Shown in pieces: positions 7,906 to 15,326 of a stretch of 21,091 nucleotides of DNA. Position numbers and translations under genes: made by a program. The stretch's first letter is position 1; the number at the start of each line of letters is the position of its first letter. Origin of the DNA: Candidatus Hadarchaeales archaeon. GTDB taxonomy: Archaea > Hadarchaeota > Hadarchaeia > Hadarchaeales > JAWBSP01. The notes beneath the pieces were generated by a model. That model was given only the letters and a program-made list of their open reading frames with translations. It was not told the origin of the DNA and ran no database searches. The DNA is taken from positions 1-21,091 of the forward strand of contig JAWBSP010000018.1 of the NCBI GenBank assembly GCA_038842485.1. The letters run 5' to 3'.

Positions 7906-8591
7906 GGCTCGGAAAGAGGGAACTTCCGACTCCGGCGCTCTGTGGGTGCGTCACGGGTGAGAACCCCAGAGAGATGGAGGAGGGGGTCGAACGCGCCAAA
8001 GAACTAGGGGCCGACTGTGTCGAGCTCAGGGTGGACTGGCTGAAGGAGTGGGAGGGGTGGGAGCGGCTTCTCTCCCTAGATTTCCCCAAGATCTTGACCA
8101 ATAGACCCGTGCGGGAGGGCGGCAAGTTCAGGGGAGGGGAGGAGGAGCGGGTTGGGATCCTGTTGAGGGGGATTGAACTCGGGGTCGACTGTGTCGATAT
8201 CGAGTTTTCTTCTGCCCCCGAACTTTTACAGAGGGTTTTGGAGGAGGCTAGGAGGCGCGGAACCAGTACGATTCTTTCCTTCCACGACTTCGATGGAACC
8301 CCCCCTCTCGAGGTGCTGAAGCAGAGGGTTGAGGAGCTCTCAGCCCTGAATCCCGATTTCGTGAAGCTCGTGACCATGGCGCGCAGCAAGGAGGAGTGCT
8401 TCCGGATGTTTGACCTCATACGCTCCGTGCGCGGGCGCCCCATCATCGCCTTTGCCATGGGTGAGGAGGGACATGCTTCGAGGATTGTGGCCGCACTGCT
8501 TGGAAGCCCCATCGTCTATACCTCGGTGGGGGAGCAGACCGCCCCCGGGCAGCTGGGGCTTAAGGAGATGAGGGTGATCCTGAGGAGGTGA
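7902..8591 (+). CDS. aroD: Type I 3-dehydroquinate dehydratase
   Basis: VELRVD, ILTNRPVREGG, SFHDFDGTP, VKL, FAMGEEGHASR and APGQ motifs. ATG 7902 overlaps the aroB' stop (ATGA). Confidence 0.93.
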   Translation: MRLGKRELPTPALCGCVTGENPREMEEGVERAKELGADCVELRVDWLKEWEGWERLLSLDFPKILTNRPVREGGKFRGGEEERVGILLRGIELGVDCVDIEFSSAPELLQRVLEEARRRGTSTILSFHDFDGTPPLEVLKQRVEELSALNPDFVKLVTMARSKEECFRMFDLIRSVRGRPIIAFAMGEEGHASRIVAALLGSPIVYTSVGEQTAPGQLGLKEMRVILRR

Positions 8592-8594
8592 GGG

Positions 8595-9455
8595 ATGATT
8601 TTCGGTTCAACAAAGGTGGTGGCCCTCATTGGCGATCCCGTGGAGCGGAGCCTTTCCCCTCCCATCCAAAATGCCGCGTTCAGGGCCCTCAGGCTCGATT
8701 ACGTTTATGTCGCTTTCAGGGTGACGCGCGATCAGCTGCCCAAGGCCGTGGAGGCGACTAGGACCCTGGATCTGGCTGGTCTCAACGTCACCCATCCCCA
8801 CAAGATTTCCATTCTCGGTCTGCTTGACCAGCTGGACGAAGAGGCATCGGCGATCGGGGCCGTCAACACGGTGAAGAACGAGGGCGGGAGGCTGAAGGGA
8901 TACAACACGGACGGGCGCGGGGCGGTGAGGGTTTTGGAGGAGAGGGTCGGAAGCCTTTCAGGTAAAAATGTCCTGTTGATCGGGGCGGGGGGAGCTGCCA
9001 GGGCCATTGCGTTCTCTCTGGCGGAGAAGGGGGCAAATCTGAGCATAGCGAACCGCACGCTGGCCAGGGCGAAGGAACTCTCAGTGGAGCTCGAGCGGAA
9101 GCGGGGGGTCAGGGCGAGGGTGGTGAGCGTGAAGCCTTGGTCCCTGTCGGAAGCCGTGAAGGGGGCAGACATTCTCATAAACGCCACGACGGTTGGAATG
9201 TATCCTAGGACGCGGGAGACCCTAGTTTACGCGAAGATGATGCACCCGAACCTGACGGTTTTTGACATAGTGTACCAGCCCTACTACACCAGACTGCTAA
9301 GGGAGGCGAAGAGGGCGGGGGCGAAAATCGTAAGCGGGGTCGAGATGCTGGTGGCACAGGCGGCCCTTTCCTTCGAGATATGGACGGGCAGGCAGGCGCC
9401 GGTTGAGGTGATGAGGAGGGAGGCCTGGAGGCTGGTAAGGAGATGGAAGTTCTGA
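8595..9455 (+). CDS. aroE: Shikimate dehydrogenase
   Basis: SLSP, GLNVTHPHK, GAVNT, GYNTDG, GAGGAARA, NRT, INATTVGM and DIVY motifs. Confidence 0.95.
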   Translation: MIFGSTKVVALIGDPVERSLSPPIQNAAFRALRLDYVYVAFRVTRDQLPKAVEATRTLDLAGLNVTHPHKISILGLLDQLDEEASAIGAVNTVKNEGGRLKGYNTDGRGAVRVLEERVGSLSGKNVLLIGAGGAARAIAFSLAEKGANLSIANRTLARAKELSVELERKRGVRARVVSVKPWSLSEAVKGADILINATTVGMYPRTRETLVYAKMMHPNLTVFDIVYQPYYTRLLREAKRAGAKIVSGVEMLVAQAALSFEIWTGRQAPVEVMRREAWRLVRRWKF

Positions 9456-10258
9456 TCGTCGGGGCGGGGGCGATGGGGGAGTGGTTCGCCCGCCTCTTCA
9501 AGCGGTGGGGCTGGGAGGTCTGGGTCACGGATGCGGACGAGCGTAAGGCGAGGAGGGTTTCCGAGCGGCTTGGGGTGAGGTTTGGGCGGGAGGTCCTCAC
9601 TCGCGCGGATGTGGTGCTGGTGGCGGTTCCCATCTCCTCCACTCCCTCCGTCTTGGAAGAGGTGGGTGCGAGGATGAAGCGCGGATCCCTGCTCATGGAG
9701 GTGGCATCGGTGAAGGAGCAGACGGTTGCGGGGATGCAGAGGCTCAAATCCGCCCAGCTGGAGCTGGTTGCGCTTCACCCCCTCTTCGGGCCCGGTGCCT
9801 CCGAACTCAGGGGGGAGAGGTTCGCCTTCATCCCGGTCAGGGCAGGGAGGATCTTCAAACAGGTGAGGGAGAGGCTGGAGGCGGAGGGGGCCCGGCTGTT
9901 CAAGACCGACTGGAGGGAGCACGACCAAAAGATGGCCAGGGTGCAGGCCCTGAGCCACCTGATCCTCCTCCTCTACCTCAAGCTCTGCGAGAGGGGGGAG
10001 CTCCAGACCCGTCTTTCGAGGAGCCTCGCTGAGGTGGCCAAGGCGCTCCTGGCCGGTAACCCCTCCGTTTACTACGACATCCAGACGCTCAACCGATACT
10101 CGGCCACGGTGAGGGGGGAACTTATTGAAACCCTGAAACAGCTGGACGGACTGTTAAGGGAGGGGAAGAAGGAGGAGTTCGAGGAGATCTTCAGGAGACT
10201 TGCCCGGGAGTTTGGGAAGGAGGTTGAGGAGGCGTACAGGAGGCTGTACGTATCTTGA
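9443..10258 (+). CDS. tyrA: Prephenate dehydrogenase
   Basis: GAGAMG Rossmann motif, EVASVK, HPLFGP and EHDQKMARVQALSH. Confidence 0.9.
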   Translation: MEVLIVGAGAMGEWFARLFKRWGWEVWVTDADERKARRVSERLGVRFGREVLTRADVVLVAVPISSTPSVLEEVGARMKRGSLLMEVASVKEQTVAGMQRLKSAQLELVALHPLFGPGASELRGERFAFIPVRAGRIFKQVRERLEAEGARLFKTDWREHDQKMARVQALSHLILLLYLKLCERGELQTRLSRSLAEVAKALLAGNPSVYYDIQTLNRYSATVRGELIETLKQLDGLLREGKKEEFEEIFRRLAREFGKEVEEAYRRLYVS

Positions 10259-11073
10259 AGATAGGTGTTCTGGGCCCGCGCGGGACGTACAGCGAGCTCG
10301 CGGCTAGGGCCCGTTTCGGCGACGCGGACTATGTTTGGTATCCGAGCATAACCGACATCGGGAGGGCGGTCGAGCGTGCTGAGGTGGAACTCGGGGTCGT
10401 CCCCCTTGAGAGCCTGCGGGAGGGGAGCGTGGGGGAGAGCCTGGACCTGCTCGCCTGGGGCAACGTGAAGATAAGGGAGGAGATAGTTTACCCCATCTCC
10501 GTCTCCCTGCTGGCGGTTCCCGGCACGAGGCCCGAGCAGATAACCCAGCTCCTCTCCCACCCGCAGGTCTTCGCGCAGTGCCGGGAGTTTCTCTCGCGGA
10601 GGTTTCCGAGGGTGGAGCTGGTGGAGGTCAGCAGCACGGCGAGGGCGGCCGAGCAGGTGGTGAAGGCAAGGCGCCCCCAGATAGCGAGCCTGGGCCCCCC
10701 GAATTTGGCGCAAATTTACGGGCTGGAGGTCCTCTTCAGCGACATCCAGGGGGAGGAGATAAACCTCACCAGATTCTTGGTTCTTGCGTTGCAGGATAGT
10801 CCACCGACGGGTTACGACAAGACCTCCATCGTCTTTTACACGGCGGAGGACAGGCCGGGAATCCTGTGGGAAATCCTGGGCGAGTTTGCGTCCAGGAAGA
10901 TAAACCTCACCAAGGTTGAGTCCAGGCCTTCCAAAAAAGCTCTCGGGGATTATCTGTTCTTTGTGGACTTCGAGGGCCATCACCAAGAGGAGCGCTGCAG
11001 GGAGGCCCTGGAGGGAGTCAAGCGGAAGACGGCCATGCTGAAGATTCTTGGCTCCTATCCCCGGAGGTTCTGA
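10255..11073 (+). CDS. pheA: Prephenate dehydratase with ACT domain
   Basis: LGPRGTYS, SHPQVFAQC, NLTRF, DRPG, INLTKVESRP and LGSYP motifs. Confidence 0.95.
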   Translation: MKIGVLGPRGTYSELAARARFGDADYVWYPSITDIGRAVERAEVELGVVPLESLREGSVGESLDLLAWGNVKIREEIVYPISVSLLAVPGTRPEQITQLLSHPQVFAQCREFLSRRFPRVELVEVSSTARAAEQVVKARRPQIASLGPPNLAQIYGLEVLFSDIQGEEINLTRFLVLALQDSPPTGYDKTSIVFYTAEDRPGILWEILGEFASRKINLTKVESRPSKKALGDYLFFVDFEGHHQEERCREALEGVKRKTAMLKILGSYPRRF

Positions 11074-11125
11074 TCTGAGGGCGATAACTGCTTGGGTCTT
11101 TGAATTCTTCCAGAGGCTTGGAGAG

Positions 11126-11560
11126 CTACCTTGGTGAATCTCTCCTTTTGACCAAATCCAGCATGTCTTTCACATCCAGGGTCTCTATCCCCTTTGGCTC
11201 TCCTTCTATGTTTCCCTTGTCCGGCACCACTAGGATCTTCCTGGCACTGAACCTGCTTAGCTTTTCTTCGATCGATCTGATCTCACCCGCATCCAAAAAT
11301 TCCTTCCATTTCACCTCAGCCACCGCTCGTAGATTTTCAAACTCAAAAAGGGTCGACGTGATGAGGATGAGGTTGCCCACCACCCCTCCCGAATGGAATT
11401 CCCTGAGGGGCGGCCGGTAGCTTTGGATCAGGAAGGGCTCTCAGATAGACAGCCGACTCCAAGAGCTCCTTTCCCTTGACCTCCCTCGAGAGAGCCAGGA
11501 GGGCATCCCTCTCTTTCCCGTTTTCCTGCGCCCGTAAAGGAGCTTCCAGGGTCCCGCACA
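11126..11560 (-). pseudogene. Truncated, frameshifted archaeal ATP-binding / PD-(D/E)xK nuclease-fold (DUF234-like) protein, C-terminal remnant
   Basis: RAVAEVKWKEFLDAGEIRSIEEKLSRFSARKILVVPDK resembles the ExK-type C-terminus of archaeal ATPase proteins. Upstream sequence continues in another frame (ELLESAVYLRAL). No Walker A region is present. The boundary at 11560 is approximate. Confidence 0.5.
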
Positions 11561-11708
11561 CTCGACCTTCCCGATTTCTATTCTTCTGGGTATTATTCTC
11601 TAAGACAACGTCACAATCTGGGTGGCAGGCTAACTCTCTCAATTTAACCGCAATCCGGATTATCCAGATTGCTCCAACTATTTTACAGATACTTTTCGGC
11701 TCGTTCAG

Positions 11709-12067
11709 TGTTACTATAGTAACATCGGATCCTGAAACGGAGGCTGGTTGTGATTTTTCGATTTTCCGGCTGTGTTACCATAGTAACACGGAAACCAAAG
11801 CTGTCGGTGTCCAGCTTCAACGAGTGTTACTATAGTAACATCACAACTCAAACATGCGAGAGTGTGGGAGGGTTGAACTTGTGTTACCATAGTAACATCG
11901 ACTCAAAAAGACGCGGACCGTTCTATGATCTGAGTGTTACTATAGTAACATCGGAGCCTGAGGAAAGGGATGAGAATTGAGGTAGCTTCAAGTAGTGTTA
12001 CTATAGTAACATTCAACTTGGAAAAAAGCGTGCCATTGCTGAGTCCGAATGTGTTACTATAGTAACA
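11709..12067. repeat. Array B: seven interspaced 16-bp palindromes TGTTACYATAGTAACA
   Basis: Copies start at 11709, 11773, 11825, 11882, 11935, 11996 and 12052 (11773 and 11882 have a CATA centre); spacers of 48, 36, 41, 37, 45 and 40 nt. All copies are preceded by G and 6 of 7 are followed by T. Confidence 0.96.
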
Positions 12068-12145
12068 TGGCCAGTCCGTCAAACCGCAAAAATTTTGGAA
12101 GCCCTAGCTGAAACGGAAACGTTGCAGAACCTGTAGGCAAGATTA

Positions 12146-14092
12146 CTAAACCATTGAACGTCTTTGAAGTTCTCCAGCACCTGTGGCGACGCGGATTTCC
12201 ACGAATCCATAATGCTTGAGGTCCCGCACCTCCCCGGTCAGGGTTCCATCCTTGAGGGAGAGTCTGCTCGTGCCGCTCTCGCCCTTAAAGTCTGCACTTT
12301 TCACCCCCCTCTCGAGGCGGATGGAGAAACCAAAAGAGACAGGCCGCATCTCGTCCCGCTTCCGGTCGTAGTTGCAGTTGAGCATGTGCAGAAAAATTCT
12401 ATCGTTCGCACGGTTGGCGGAGAAAAAGACCTCGGGGGGAGCGTCGGTTGAGAGGATGGATGGGATGGTGTCCTTTTCACCATATACTTCGGCCCTCTCC
12501 AGAAAGTCGTGTTGCGCCGGGGTGAGAAGCGATTCGGAGGGTACGAGAAACCTTCCCCTCCTCCTTTCGGGGAGCTCGGGCAAGATCTCCCCGTCGCCGA
12601 AGATCTCGATCTCCCACAGGACGTGTCTCCTGCAAAGGGAGCTTACGATCTCGGTCAGGTGTTTCATGTAAGGGTGGGAAAGGAAGGTGTATCCTTCAAG
12701 GTGGGAGCGGTAGGAGAAAACCAGGCAAACATCCGACAGCTGGGTTCCCTCGGCCGCCCCCCTGTTTCTCGCAATGAAGGAGTTGGCCTCCGCCAGGGGT
12801 TCGAGGGGCGGGTAGTAGGGTTTCCCCATGGTGTAGCAGCTGTAGGGCGCCATGAAGTTGGCCTGGCAGGAGAAGGCCTCGTAGGCGTAAAACTTCAGCA
12901 GCTCGTTCGCGCGCTTCCCCCTCAGTTTTCTGGAGGTGAGCACCGAGGGAACGGCCGTAACTTCCTTCCCCCTCCCCGCCGCCCTCGCGAGCTTGTACCA
13001 AGGGGAGTGTGTTCTTTTGGGTGGAAGACCGAAATCCAGTTCGAAGCAGATGAAGTCCACGTGCCTCATCAGGGGGAAGTAGGGCGGGAGGAGCTGGGCG
13101 AAGTTTCCCGTAACCTCGATTTTTCTCCCCTTCCGCGCCGCGTACTCTCTTGCATGCTGGGCCAGCTCCCTGAAGGTTCTCTCGGAGCTCCGAATCTGGG
13201 CAATCCTGTACTCCCTCCAGAACGGGAAGTGTTTAACCAGCAGGTGGGCGCGAATGGGACCAACCAGCCGGGAAAGCAGGAACCTACGGAGGCTGAACTT
13301 CTTGGGATTTATCCCGAGTTTCCTCAAACCCTCCTCCCCATGCTTCTCCAGCAGGTAGTTCAGGAATGCCCTGCTGCAGTGCCGGCAGTAGCCCGCCCCG
13401 CACCAGATGGACTCGAAGGGCGTGGCGGACTCGTCCACTTGGATTCCGTGGGCCCCGTAATCGATCTGAAGCTCGACCATTCGCTTCAGGTAGGAGAGCC
13501 AGTGCGGACTGTTCCTGCACATGGTTAGGCAGGAGAAGGGCCCAAGAATGTGGGGCAGAATCCAGAGGACCCAAGGTTTGGTGCCCAGGATGCTCCTGCA
13601 GGAACAGGCCTCCACAAGGCTCTGGATTTCCCTTTCCCCCTCCTTGAACTTGCCGGGGAAGTAATCCTCCCATCTTCCAAGCCCGAGGAGCCTGTCTTGG
13701 TAGAAGGCATCCAGGCCCCACCTGACTTTCTTTCCGGGTCCCCTTCGGCTCATCCAGGAACAAATCTTCCCGTCCCTCACCCCCATCAGGATGTCGTTGT
13801 ACCCCTGCGCTTCCCAAACCACCGCGAAGACCTTGATCCCTTCTTTCTCGCACCTCTGGATGAATTCCCTGTCGCTCCATCCTCCACGCTCCCAAGGTCT
13901 CTCCCCTTCTGCCTCGAGCCTGAGGAGGGGAAGGCCGGCGACCCCAGAACCCAGAGCGGACCAGAGCAGGGCTTCGGCCTTCAGGCGCTTCATGTCCTCC
14001 AAAACCTTCTCGGTCTTGGGGGAGAGGAAGGCGCAGACGGGTCTCTTGCTGGGGGGATAGGTGGAGCACATGCTGAAGATGCGGTAAGCCAT
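12146..14092 (-). CDS. Hypothetical 648-aa protein, probable TIM-barrel glycoside hydrolase with GH42-like features and a trimerisation-like C-terminal domain
   Basis: YGAHGIQVDE and GYCRHCSRAFLNYLLEKHG (like the GH42 cysteine motif), WREYR, SDVCLVFS, IFLHMLN. ATG 14092 (MAYRIF) preferred because the longer ORF runs through the palindrome. Confidence 0.6.
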   Translation of the reverse strand: MAYRIFSMCSTYPPSKRPVCAFLSPKTEKVLEDMKRLKAEALLWSALGSGVAGLPLLRLEAEGERPWERGGWSDREFIQRCEKEGIKVFAVVWEAQGYNDILMGVRDGKICSWMSRRGPGKKVRWGLDAFYQDRLLGLGRWEDYFPGKFKEGEREIQSLVEACSCRSILGTKPWVLWILPHILGPFSCLTMCRNSPHWLSYLKRMVELQIDYGAHGIQVDESATPFESIWCGAGYCRHCSRAFLNYLLEKHGEEGLRKLGINPKKFSLRRFLLSRLVGPIRAHLLVKHFPFWREYRIAQIRSSERTFRELAQHAREYAARKGRKIEVTGNFAQLLPPYFPLMRHVDFICFELDFGLPPKRTHSPWYKLARAAGRGKEVTAVPSVLTSRKLRGKRANELLKFYAYEAFSCQANFMAPYSCYTMGKPYYPPLEPLAEANSFIARNRGAAEGTQLSDVCLVFSYRSHLEGYTFLSHPYMKHLTEIVSSLCRRHVLWEIEIFGDGEILPELPERRRGRFLVPSESLLTPAQHDFLERAEVYGEKDTIPSILSTDAPPEVFFSANRANDRIFLHMLNCNYDRKRDEMRPVSFGFSIRLERGVKSADFKGESGTSRLSLKDGTLTGEVRDLKHYGFVEIRVATGAGELQRRSMV

Positions 14093-14152
14093 CTGAACAT
14101 TTGGGGGATTCTTATTTCCGAAAGGGTGACCAGCATTCGCGAGGCTGAGCGA

Positions 14153-14168
14153 TGTTACTATAGTAACA
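14153..14168. repeat. Lone perfect copy of the array B palindrome
   Basis: TGTTACTATAGTAACA in the divergent intergenic region, 60 nt from ATG 14092 and 35 nt from tRNA-His. Confidence 0.95.
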
Positions 14169-14203
14169 CATCCCCTTAACAAAGCGCTGATCTAGATTTT
14201 GAT

Positions 14204-14276
14204 GGCCAAGGTGGTGTAGTGGTTAGCATCCGGGCCTGTGGAGCCCGTGACGCGGGTTCGAATCCCGCCCTTGGCC
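14204..14276 (+). tRNA. tRNA-His (GTG)
   Basis: Acceptor stem GCCAAGG/CCTTGGC, anticodon arm CGGGC-CTGTGGA-GCCCG, T arm GCGGG-TTCGAAT-CCCGC. G-1 (14204) is encoded opposite C73 (14276). No intron; CCA not encoded. Confidence 0.97.
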
Positions 14277-14546
14277 CTACGGAATCAGTTCCAGCGCCTG
14301 TTTGGGGACTCCTCTTTGCACCAGCTCGAGCTTTTTCGTTTTTCTCATTCTTTTTATCTGGGCTTCCCTCTTCCTGGCTTCCGCGAGGGTGGGGAGGAGT
14401 TCGGCGTAAACGAGCTTGAGGGGGAGCCACCCCTTGGTCGAGCGCACTCTCCCAGAGAGGTGGGACTGGATTCTCCCCCGGAGGTTGGAGGTGGAGCCCA
14501 CGTAGAGCCTGCCCCCCCTGCCCATGAGGATGTACACCCAAGGCAT
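14277..14546 (-). CDS. Small GIY-YIG nuclease family protein (UPF0213-like), 89 aa
   Basis: MPWVYILMGRGGRLYVGSTSNLRGRIQSH...LVYAE...ARKREAQIK. Start taken as ATG 14546. Confidence 0.88.
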   Translation of the reverse strand: MPWVYILMGRGGRLYVGSTSNLRGRIQSHLSGRVRSTKGWLPLKLVYAELLPTLAEARKREAQIKRMRKTKKLELVQRGVPKQALELIP

Positions 14547-14562
14547 CCAACCCGAATTTTTC

Positions 14563-14575
14563 CGCTTTAAAAGCG
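14563..14575. promoter_or_regulatory. Candidate bidirectional TATA box
   Basis: CGCTTTAAAAGCG sits in the 49-nt gap between the divergent ATGs at 14546 and 14596. Confidence 0.45.
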
Positions 14576-14595
14576 ACTTTGCACCAATCACCCCG

Positions 14596-14961
14596 ATGGA
14601 AGCGGAAGGACTCACGGAGATGCCCCTGAGGCTCGTGATCTCCCTAGCCGTGGCCATGTTCTGCCTCACCGTGCTCATGCAGTTCGTCCGCACCTCGGAG
14701 AGGGTCATGCTCAGGGATTTTAGCGTGACCTTCCAGACAGGGACAGGCAGGCTGACCGTCAAGGTCTTTGATGCACAGACCGGAAGCGCAGTGGGCGGCG
14801 CGACAATCACGGTTAGCTACCCCGGTGGGAAAAAGGCGCACACCTTGGGGGCAACCTCCAACTCCTACACCTTCTCTCTTCCCCCCGATGTGCTCATAGC
14901 GAACGTGAGGGTCACGAAGAACGGCTATCTTCCATGGGAGGGAGAGGTGGCCTTGGGCTGA
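14596..14961 (+). CDS. Membrane-anchored/pilin-like protein with a beta-sandwich (carboxypeptidase regulatory-like) domain
   Basis: MEAEG-LTEMPLRLVISLAVAMFCL hydrophobic N-terminus; VKVFDAQTGSAVGGATITV...VRVTKNGY. ATG 14596 avoids overlap with the GIY-YIG gene. Confidence 0.65.
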   Translation: MEAEGLTEMPLRLVISLAVAMFCLTVLMQFVRTSERVMLRDFSVTFQTGTGRLTVKVFDAQTGSAVGGATITVSYPGGKKAHTLGATSNSYTFSLPPDVLIANVRVTKNGYLPWEGEVALG

Positions 14962-15326
14962 GGGGGATAGAATCCCTGCCGGCCGCTCTCCTGTTGAGTG
15001 CCATCCTCTCGGTCATGGTGGCGGGGTTTGGTGTCAGGGCGATGGAAACCCTCAGCGAGGGGAGGGCGAGGCAGCGGGCGATCCAGGAGTTCCTCGAGTT
15101 CACGGAGGCGGCAAGGGCTGCGTGTTCGGGGGAGGGCAGGCAGGTCACGCTCACCGAGGCCGAGGTTGCCGTTTCGGGCAGGGCGGTGCAGCTCTATTTC
15201 AAGGGTTCCCCCATTAGGGCTGAGGTCTTGCCCGTACCCTTCTCGCGCGAGGCAAGGCTCACCCCCGGGAGCTACACCATAAGCCTAAGGAGGACGGGCG
15301 GGGGCTGGTTTCTTGAGGTTGAGTGA
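14934..15326 (+). CDS. Pilin-like protein (class III signal peptide-like RG|IESLP plus hydrophobic helix)
   Basis: LRG-IESLPAALLLSAILSVMVAGFG, coupled to neighbours. Start uncertain (ATG 14934 or CTG 14958). Confidence 0.6.
   Translation: MGGRGGLGLRGIESLPAALLLSAILSVMVAGFGVRAMETLSEGRARQRAIQEFLEFTEAARAACSGEGRQVTLTEAEVAVSGRAVQLYFKGSPIRAEVLPVPFSREARLTPGSYTISLRRTGGGWFLEVE

Noticed and set aside
6017-10986. Long antisense ORFs over the aro operon (e.g. 6017-6775, 6823-7866, 10072-10986) and similar shadows elsewhere (12509-13528)
   Set aside because: Shadow frames of GC-rich genes with clear homology on the other strand; no motifs.
11476-11980. ORFs 11476-11835 and 11750-11980
   Set aside because: They translate the palindrome array (VTIVT / CYYSN) in mixed frames, and unit lengths are not consistently multiples of 3.
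11709-12067. Canonical CRISPR array call for array B (and array A)
   Set aside because: The repeat is only 16-18 bp and fully palindromic, has no GAAAC/G-type 3' end, no cas genes are in the window, and spacers resemble one another. Kept as an unexplained repeat array.
14093-14182. N-terminal 30-aa extension of the 678-aa ORF
   Set aside because: It runs through the lone palindrome and the likely promoter region. ATG 14092 is more plausible.
14204-14276. tRNA-His as the att site of an integrated element
   Set aside because: No duplicated tRNA fragment and no integrase was seen in the window.
14547-14810. Extended 177-aa version of the GIY-YIG ORF
   Set aside because: The extension is antisense to the first pilin-like gene. 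The GIY-YIG motif begins right after ATG 14546.
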